This document shows positions 1 through 7,608 of a stretch of DNA of 16,560 nt, piece after piece. Origin of the DNA: Candidatus Moanibacter sp. (lineage in GTDB: Bacteria > Verrucomicrobiota > Verrucomicrobiia > Opitutales > UBA2987); the NCBI GenBank assembly GCA_965215885.1, contig CBDCEW010000026.1, positions 1 to 16,560 on the forward strand. The letters are read 5' to 3'. The notes under the pieces are model-generated. The model made no database searches and was not told the origin of the DNA. It saw only the letters and a list, made by a program, of their open reading frames with translations. Numbering within the stretch: position 1 is the stretch's first letter; each line of letters starts with the position of its first letter. The position numbers were made by a program, and so were the translations under genes.

Positions 1-399
1 CTCAAGCACTCCGCCCTGACTTTCTTCCACGTCCGAGAATTCACCAAAATGGGACTCTCCTGCCTCATTGGAAGTTGCCGCCTTATGCTCCCTGCCCTGA
101 CGATCGGCGCTACCGGCTGCGTCGACGGCCCGATTAACATGGCCCCCGAGCTGTGGCTTGAGATCTGGAACGCTTACAGGGAAGGGGACCTGAAGCGCGC
201 GGAGGCAGCCCAGGCCCTGGCCACGGAAGTTAGCGCCATCGTCCTGGGAGAACGATTTCTAGCTTCCATCAAAGCGGTTCTGAGCGAACGACTGGGTATC
301 GACTGCGGGCACCCGCGCCCGCCCCAACTCCCGCTTACCCCCGAGGAACGCGAGAATCTGATTTTAAAAGCCGCCGAGGCAGGAATCTGTCGGACTTGA
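1..399 (+). CDS. Dihydrodipicolinate synthase / N-acetylneuraminate lyase family protein, 5'-truncated by the window edge
   Basis: Frame is open from base 1 (LKHSALTFFHVREF...). LKHS matches the Schiff-base Lys motif (GxKxS). It is followed by MLPALTIGATGCVDG and a C-terminal IKAVL...GIDCGHPRPPQLPLT, typical of the family. Confidence 0.8.
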   Translation, partial: LKHSALTFFHVREFTKMGLSCLIGSCRLMLPALTIGATGCVDGPINMAPELWLEIWNAYREGDLKRAEAAQALATEVSAIVLGERFLASIKAVLSERLGIDCGHPRPPQLPLTPEERENLILKAAEAGICRT

Positions 400-434
400 C
401 AAAAGAGCGAAAAGTCGATCAAGGGTACTACCAG

Positions 435-869
435 ATGCCGTTATCGTTCAAAAGAACTATCATCATCTTTTCCACATTGCTCTCGCAGATAATGTTGGCT
501 GGCGGCGATGAGGTGCTTGTGCTTTGCTTCGGGGAGGATGGGCACCTGGCGATTGAGTCGGCACATTCCGATTGCCCGTATGGCCCTTACAACAAACACG
601 GTCACCCGGAGAATATCGACTTTACCGCCGAGACTCAAGATTCCGATGTTTCAGCGAAGACCGGATGTTTCGATTTGCCGATTTCCAGAGATGAGGTTCA
701 GCAGGTATTTTCCGGATTTGAATTCTCTCCCCCCCCACAGCATTGTGTCTTGTCAGAGATTCGACCAATCGAGTCACGGCAGGAGCACAGGACAGACCGC
801 GTCTCCGCGCGGCTTATTAATAAAGCAGAGGTTTATCGGGTCCTTAAGACCGTAATCCTGCTGCTCTGA
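435..869 (+). CDS. Small exported or membrane-anchored Cys/His-rich putative metal-binding protein upstream of czcC (CzcI-like position)
   Basis: ATG at 435, hydrophobic N-terminus, motif VLCFGEDGHLAIE, His/Cys-rich middle (HSDC..HGH..CFDLP), C-terminal LKTVILLL. Lies immediately upstream of an RND metal efflux operon. Confidence 0.7.
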   Translation: MPLSFKRTIIIFSTLLSQIMLAGGDEVLVLCFGEDGHLAIESAHSDCPYGPYNKHGHPENIDFTAETQDSDVSAKTGCFDLPISRDEVQQVFSGFEFSPPPQHCVLSEIRPIESRQEHRTDRVSARLINKAEVYRVLKTVILLL

Positions 870-870
870 T

Positions 871-988
871 TTCTCCGAAGTCATCCTTCCAGGTTGCGAA
901 CAGGACACAGCTTTTCTGTGTGTTCGCTCCAGCTTCGTGGTAGACCGACGAAGCTTTCTTGCCCAAAAGTGAAATGATTTTCGGAGGA
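871..988 (+). promoter_or_regulatory. Putative cis-regulatory three-stem RNA structure sequestering the czcC Shine-Dalgarno
   Basis: 871-884 (TTCTCCGAAGTCAT) pairs with 974-988 (ATGATTTTCGGAGGA, containing the SD GGAGGA). Internal hairpins: GCGAACA 896-902/TGTTCGC 921-927 and AGCTTCGT 931-938/ACGAAGCT 948-955. Confidence 0.5.
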
Positions 989-992
989 TCAT

Positions 993-2360
993 ATGTCTCA
1001 AAGAATTCTGCCCGCATACGGGCTCCCATTAATATTCACAGCAACGCTACTCGCTAATAACGGGGTCGATAGCGGACCCTTCCATAGCCAGTCATCCGAA
1101 ACAAGCCGGCCGTCACGACAAACCGTCGACTGGGATGCGCGAGGGTCCCCCGACGAGGTCGAAATTAGAGAACCCACCGGAGAAGTAACGCTACAGCATG
1201 CGCTGGCCCTTGCCTTACTCGAGAACCCAAAACTTCGCTCCTACTCGTTGAAAGTCCGTGCGGCGGAGGCCCGTGCTCTCCAAGCCGGCCTACTACCAAA
1301 TCCGGAGATCGAACTTGGAATTGGGGAATTCGGAGGATCGGGATCCAGGTCCGGACTTAAAAGTGTGGAAACTACTCTTCAGTTCAGCCAACTGATCGAG
1401 TTGGGCCGCAAACGGGCAAAGAGAAGGCGGGTGGCAACCTTCGAAGGCGAGCTCGCTGGTTGGGACTATGAAAGCGCTCGACTCGACGTTCTAGCGGAAA
1501 CGACCATGGCGTTTATCGACTTGCTCGCAGCGCAGCGACGATCTGAATTATCTCTGAATACCCTAAGACTGGCGAAAGAGTTTCACCTCGTTGTAACCGA
1601 ACGGGTCCAGGCGGGAAAGGTTTCGCCACTTGAAGAGGGACGCGCGCGGGTCGCTCTCGCACTCAGTGAAATTCAATCAGAGAGAGCGAAGCGTGAACTC
1701 AACGCTTCCCGGTCGAAGCTATCCGTCATGTGGGGGAAGGAGTCGGCGAACTTCAGGGAGGCAATGGGAAAACTTGAGCCCCTATTACCGCCGCCGGGAT
1801 CGAATCTCGAGGATTGGCCTTTACAGAATCCCGATCTTGACCGTTGGGAAACGGAAATCGAACTCCGCGAAGCGGCCCATCGACTCGAAAAATCACGTAG
1901 AATTCCGGATTTAACGCTGGGAGCGGGGATACAGTCATTTAATGAAACGGATGAGACCTCGGCGGTCGTCGCAGCGTCCATACCGATACCGCTCTTCGAC
2001 CGCAACCAAGGTGCCATTCGGGCAGCCGAGTTCGAGCTTTCCAAAGCGGCGGAAGAGCGACGAGCGGCGGAACTGCAGATCAGAAGTGCACTCAACGAGT
2101 CCTTTCAGGAATTGTCCAGTGCCTATGTCGAGGCGAAATTGCTGCTTGAGGAAGTTGCGCCGGCAGCTCGATTTGCAATGGAGGCGGCGCGATCAGGATA
2201 TGAGCAGGGAAAGAACGGATACATTGAAGTGCTCGACGCTCAACGTTCGTTCTTTGAGACCGAATTTCAGCTCATCGATTCGCTTCTCAATTACCACCGA
2301 TCGATGGCGGAATTGGAACGCCTGTTGGGACGGCCGTTAAACCATGGAACACAACATTAG
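993..2360 (+). CDS. czcC: TolC-family outer membrane efflux protein, CzcC type
   Basis: 455 aa with a signal peptide and the motifs QAGLLPNPEIEL, SQLIELGRKRAKR, IPIPLFDRNQGAI and GYIEVLDAQRSFF. SD GGAGGA upstream; operon context fits. Confidence 0.9.
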   Translation: MSQRILPAYGLPLIFTATLLANNGVDSGPFHSQSSETSRPSRQTVDWDARGSPDEVEIREPTGEVTLQHALALALLENPKLRSYSLKVRAAEARALQAGLLPNPEIELGIGEFGGSGSRSGLKSVETTLQFSQLIELGRKRAKRRRVATFEGELAGWDYESARLDVLAETTMAFIDLLAAQRRSELSLNTLRLAKEFHLVVTERVQAGKVSPLEEGRARVALALSEIQSERAKRELNASRSKLSVMWGKESANFREAMGKLEPLLPPPGSNLEDWPLQNPDLDRWETEIELREAAHRLEKSRRIPDLTLGAGIQSFNETDETSAVVAASIPIPLFDRNQGAIRAAEFELSKAAEERRAAELQIRSALNESFQELSSAYVEAKLLLEEVAPAARFAMEAARSGYEQGKNGYIEVLDAQRSFFETEFQLIDSLLNYHRSMAELERLLGRPLNHGTQH

Positions 2361-2600
2361 CCCGCAAATTTCACCACTTTGGCGCAAACGGAGTTAAGTG
2401 GATGGTGAAGAATTGGTTGCGATTTCGAGGAGAGATACACCGTGCCTTCGCTAGAGTTTGCGCCAAAGCTCACATCCACAAGCGCGGCGTGGCTGCGTTC
2501 TCGCAGAAATCCCGCGCGGTTACGCACAGCAGTGCGCGCCCGCACGGGATTTCGCTCGGGCCTTGCCATCCACGCTTCTGAATAGTGTGAAATTTGCGGG
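2361..2600. mobile_element. 240-bp MITE-like element with perfect 14-bp terminal inverted repeats
   Basis: CCCGCAAATTTCAC (2361-2374) / GTGAAATTTGCGGG (2587-2600). Internal IRs at 2377-2389/2456-2468 (13/13) and 2506-2519/2540-2553 (13/14). Abuts the czcC TAG; no target duplication is visible on the right side. Confidence 0.75.
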
Positions 2601-2624
2601 AAAAGAATTCGGAAAAGGGGAAAT

Positions 2625-3878
2625 ATGAAAAAAGAGCTCTTTCAAATGATACCATTAAGCCTGGGCGTTGGACTGTTTTTCGCCCTCCCGGGATGTGGGC
2701 CCAATGTGCCCGAGGAACACGGGAGAATCGGTGGTTCAGAATCCTCGCATTCCAATTCGGAAGGTGCCCATGGGGACCACGATGCGAGTAGAGTAGAAGA
2801 GGTGCACAAGGCCTCGCAGGTGACCATTACCGCGAATCAGATCACGCTCGCCGAAATAGAGACGAAACCGGCGACAGTCGGCGCAATTTACAACGAACTC
2901 AAACTAACGGGCGAGGTGACCCTCAACCAGGACCGGGTGACACATATCGTACCGCGCGTTCCAGGGGTGGTTAGGGAAGTGCTCAAGACGCTCGGTGCTC
3001 AGGTCGACAGGGGAGAGGTCCTGGCCATCCTTGAAAGCCGTGAACTGGCTGACGCAAAGGCGGAATATCTCGCTTCGCGTGAACGCCTGAGTCTGGCAAA
3101 TGCAATCTTTACTCGAGAAGAAGCACTCTGGCAGAAGCAGATCTCCTCTGAGCAGGAATATCTGGACGCCAAACGGGTCCTCGCAGAAACGCGCATCGAA
3201 CTCCGCAGTTCAGAGCAGAAACTGCATGCCCTCGGTGTTTCCGAAAGCTATTTACGCACACTGCCGGAACAATCCGATCAATCATTTACACACTTCGAAA
3301 TGACAGCGCCATTTGCCGGCATTGTGATCGAAAAGCACATCACGCTGGGCGAAAAACTCGACGACGAAGAGAACGTATTCACTATCGCCGATCTGAACAC
3401 CGTCTGGGTAATAGGTAACGTCTATGAAAAAGATATCTCACGCGTCGCGGCTGGTCAATGGGCCAAGGTATCGGTCAAATCCTATCCCGATTCGCTGTTT
3501 CGCGGGCAGGTAGGGTGGATCGGAAGCACGCTCGAGGAGGAAACGCGCTCCCTGAATATCCGTGTGGAAGTGGCTAACAGGGGGCACATGCTCAAGCCCG
3601 GAATGTTCGCACGTCTGGCTCTCGAAATCGAAGAGAAGCAGAATACACTGATCGTCCCTCCATCGGCCTTACTGAGCCAGGGAGCTGAGACCATTCTTTT
3701 TGTCGAGGAGGGCCCCGGCCACTTCGAGCGCCGGGTAGTTGAAGTCGGCAATCGCTCGGCGACAGCAGTTGAAATACTCGATGGCGTAGGGGCCGGCGAA
3801 AAGGTCGTAACGAATGGCGCCTTCATCCTGAAATCGGAACTCGAAAAGGAGGGATTCGAAGCGGGACACGCCCACTAA
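2625..3878 (+). CDS. czcB: RND efflux periplasmic adaptor (membrane fusion protein), CzcB type
   Basis: 417 aa, lipobox-like FALPGC, His-rich linker, HIVPRVPGVV, APFAGIVIEKHITLGE, FTIADLNTVWV, LKPGMFA; ends in HAH. Confidence 0.9.
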   Translation: MKKELFQMIPLSLGVGLFFALPGCGPNVPEEHGRIGGSESSHSNSEGAHGDHDASRVEEVHKASQVTITANQITLAEIETKPATVGAIYNELKLTGEVTLNQDRVTHIVPRVPGVVREVLKTLGAQVDRGEVLAILESRELADAKAEYLASRERLSLANAIFTREEALWQKQISSEQEYLDAKRVLAETRIELRSSEQKLHALGVSESYLRTLPEQSDQSFTHFEMTAPFAGIVIEKHITLGEKLDDEENVFTIADLNTVWVIGNVYEKDISRVAAGQWAKVSVKSYPDSLFRGQVGWIGSTLEEETRSLNIRVEVANRGHMLKPGMFARLALEIEEKQNTLIVPPSALLSQGAETILFVEEGPGHFERRVVEVGNRSATAVEILDGVGAGEKVVTNGAFILKSELEKEGFEAGHAH

Positions 3879-4135
3879 CCCGAAAATCTCCTAGAGCAGC
3901 GTAGCCGCAACCAAAAAAGAAAAAGAGAACCGGTCTGCCGTACGGCAGACCACGCAAATGGACGCGAATGAAGAAGAATTGACCACGGATTCGAGCCGTC
4001 TTCGCTGTGCTGCGCCGAGCCAGGGAAAACCGCGAATTGAGAAAGTCAAATCCCGGCTTTGAATACCAACAAGTTACACCCCCAAACGTGTCAAAAAAAA
4101 CCAAGTTCTGACGGATAGTAATACAGATTTTCAGG
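3879..4135. mobile_element. 257-bp composite MITE-like element between czcB and czcA
   Basis: TIR CCCGAAAATCT (3879-3889) / AGATTTTCAGG (4125-4135), 10/11 match. Flanks are CTAA and TTAG. Contains a perfect 20-bp palindrome at 3932-3951. Abuts the czcB TAA. Confidence 0.6.
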
Positions 4136-4168
4136 TTAGTCCGCTTATTTGCGAAATAAGCGGACTAA
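4136..4168. repeat. Perfect 15-bp-stem hairpin (possibly a minimal element or an RNA stem)
   Basis: TTAGTCCGCTTATTT-GCG-AAATAAGCGGACTAA. The arms resemble the ends of the 11742/13017 elements (TAGCCCGCTTTT...GCGAAAAGCGGGCTA). Confidence 0.8.
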
Positions 4169-6484
4169 CACCCACCGGTAGCCGCAACCAGGAGTCGCCA
4201 ACGCAACAACCCTCATGATTAGCAGGCTGATTGAACTCGCACTGAGACACCGCTTTCTGGTCGTCGTGTTTGGCATAGTTATCGTCGCTTACGGAATCTA
4301 TTCGACCTTACGGCTCAATATCGACGCCTTTCCCGACGTAACCAACATCCAGGTACAGATCAATACCGAGGCAGCCGGACTGGCTGCGGTGGAAGTCGAA
4401 CAGCTCATCACTTTTCCGATCGAATCGGTCATGAACGGACTCCCCGACGTAACCGAAGTTCGCTCCATCTCCAAAACGGGGCTCTCCGTCGTTACGGTGG
4501 TCTTCGAGGACGATGTCGATATCTATTTCGCTCGACAGTTAGTTCTGGAACGGCTGCAGGCCGCGCGAGAGCGCATTCCCGAAGGTCTGGCCGAACCGGA
4601 GATGGGACCCATCACGACTGGCCTCGGCCAGATCTACAAGTACATCCTTGTCGGCCGGAACAAGACGGCGATGGAGTTGCGTACCATTAACGACTGGTTC
4701 GTAAAATTCCAGCTGCGCACGGTAACCGGGGTTACCGATGTACTCAGCAATGGGGGTGAAGTCAGGCAGTACCAGGTTCAGGTCGATCCTAACAAACTCT
4801 TCAAATACAACCTGGCACTTCCCGATCTCCGCGATGCCATTACCAACAACAACGCCAACGTCGGTGGGTGGTATATCGAGGGAGAACAGGAGCAGTATGT
4901 TGTTCGAGGAGCCGGTCTCATACGCGGCGGTCGGGAAGGTCTCATCGACATCGAAAACATCGTTCTCAAAAACGTTGGCGGTACTCCGGTTTATATCCGT
5001 GACGTTGCCGATGTGCGCTTTGGAAGCGAAATCCGACAGGGAGTCGTGACGATGAACGGCAAAGGAGAGGTCGTAATGGGCATCGTCCTGCAGCTTAAAG
5101 GTGCGAATACGAAAAAGGTAATTGAGGGAGTACGCGAAAAGTTAGATGCAATTCAGGCATCACTGCCCGAGGGCGTCGAAATTGTCCCGGTCTACGACCA
5201 GACGGACCTGGTCGAGAAAGCGGTTTCAACCGTAACCCGTGCCCTTACAGAAGCCGCGGTGCTCATAGTCATCGTGCTCTTCCTCTTTCTTGGGAATGTG
5301 CGATCGGCTTTTGTTGTAGTCTGTTCTATTCCCCTCTCAATGATGATCGCCTTTATCATGATGCGCTGGCAGGGGATCTCGGCTAACCTGCAGTCGCTGG
5401 GCGGACTCGCCATCGGCATTGGAATGATGGTCGACGGTTCCGTGGTCATGGTCGAGAATATCATGCGCCACCTGGCCGAGCCCAACCATCGCAAGGAACC
5501 CCTTGCACAACGCGTCCTCACCGCGGCTTGGGAGGTGGGACAACCGGTATTCTTCGCCGTGCTCATCATCGTGGTCGTCTTTCTACCATTGTTTACCCTT
5601 CAGGGTGTCGAAGGAAAGCTTTTCAGACCAATGGCCTTCACGATCGCTTTCGCCATGATGGGATCGCTCATGGTAGCTCTCACCATCGTGCCGGTTCTCT
5701 CCTCTATCGTGCTACGCGGCAAGTTAACGGAAAAGGAACCTTTCCTAATGCAGTTGCTTAAGGCGGTGTATCGTCCCGCGCTCGAATGGGCGCTCTCTCG
5801 CAGGGCTATTGTGGTGGGAACTGCCGTCTGCGCGTTGATTTTTTCGCTGGTAATCCTGCCCTTCCTTGGGACGGAATTCGTCCCCGAACTCAACGAAGGC
5901 ACGATGAACATTCGAGTTACCATGAACCCAAGCATTTCCCTCGAGGAGTCAAAACGCATCGCCCGGCGCCTTGAAAGGAAGCTGATGCAGTACCCAGAGG
6001 TAACCTATGCTTTCAGCCAAATCGGGAGACCTGAACTGGGAGGAGACCCCGAACCAATCTCGAATAATGAGATCTTTGTAGGTTTGAAATCGCAGGCGAA
6101 ATGGACAACAGCGGACACTCGCGAAGAGTTGATCCGCACTTTCGATCAGGATCTGCGCGAACACCCGGGGATCATGCTGAATTTCTCTCAACCTATTGCG
6201 ACTCGCGTCGATGAACTCCTATCGGGTGTCAAGGCCCAGATTGCGATCAAGTTGTTCGGCGAAGATCTTGACGTATTGGAACGAACAGGAAGGGAGATCG
6301 AGGCGGTGGCTAAAACCATTCCCGGCGCTACCGACGTCCAAATGGAACAGATTAGTGGGGAAGCCCAGCTGGTCGTCCGGGCCGACCGGGATGAAGTAGC
6401 CCGTTACGGCTTGAACGTAGCAGACGTCATGGAGATCGTTTCGAGCGCCGTCGGAGGGGAAGCGGTAACTGAGGTTATCGAGGG

Positions 6485-6533
6485 GAAACGCTTCGATGTT
6501 TATTTCGGGCCAGAAACGCTTCGATGTTTATTT
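6485..6533 (+). repeat. 21-bp direct repeat underlying czcA frameshift 1
   Basis: GAAACGCTTCGATGTTTATTT at 6485-6505 and 6513-6533. Confidence 0.95.
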
Positions 6534-6908
6534 GCGTATGGCCGAACCGTATCGCGACAGTCCCGATGCAATTGCGAATCTCTGGGTATCGAATAGGAAC
6601 GGGATGCGTGTTCCCCTATCACAGGTAGCCGATATTCGACTCGTGGAGGGCACACCCACGGTCAGCCGCGAAGACGCTCAGCGCCGCATTGTCGTACAAT
6701 GCAATGTTCGTGGTCGTGATATGGGGGGGTTCGTGCAGGAAGCGCAACAAGCGGTCAGAGAACAGGTCGATCTTCCCGCCGGCTATTTCGTCACTTGGGG
6801 AGGGCAATTCGAAAACCAAAGGCGCGCGCAGGCTACCCTGATGGTCGTCCTACCCGTTTGCCTTGGCCTTATCTTCATATTGCTCTTCATGTCGTTCAAT
6901 TCGGTTAA

Positions 6909-7361
<453 letters not shown>

Positions 7362-7464
7362 TGAGAAAGTAAGCAATCGCGTTCCGGCATGTCGGGATGG
7401 GGAATTACCAAGTTAGAAAAACCGAATATTGCCAAATCCAAACCTCACCCCGAGAATTTAAGAC

Positions 7465-7608
7465 ATGGACAAAGAGGAATTGAAGGAGCTTGCTCGGGAC
7501 CCGAAGTATATCTCAGGAATCTACAACTACTGTGACCGCTGGCGCGACATAGAGCGGGAGTTTCCGGAAGCTCGAACTTTTGTCCGGCCGGGGTTCAATG
7601 AAGGCTAA
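7465..7608 (+). pseudogene. 47-aa remnant of a conserved hypothetical (IYNYCDRW-type) protein with an internal deletion
   Basis: Translates to MDKEELKELARDPKYISGIYNYCDRW-RDIEREFPEARTFVRPGFNEG*. From recall, the two halves match the N-terminus (GIYNYCDRWCERC) and C-terminus (FPxARxFxRPGFD) of a longer uncharacterised family. Confidence 0.6.

Noticed and set aside
871..988. NiCo (czcD) riboswitch
   Set aside because: Context is suggestive, but only three stems are visible and I cannot recognise the four-way-junction consensus. An Rfam scan would be needed.
4136..4168. Intrinsic terminator
   Set aside because: Strong stem but no U-tract on the + strand, and it lies within an operon. The arms match element ends instead.
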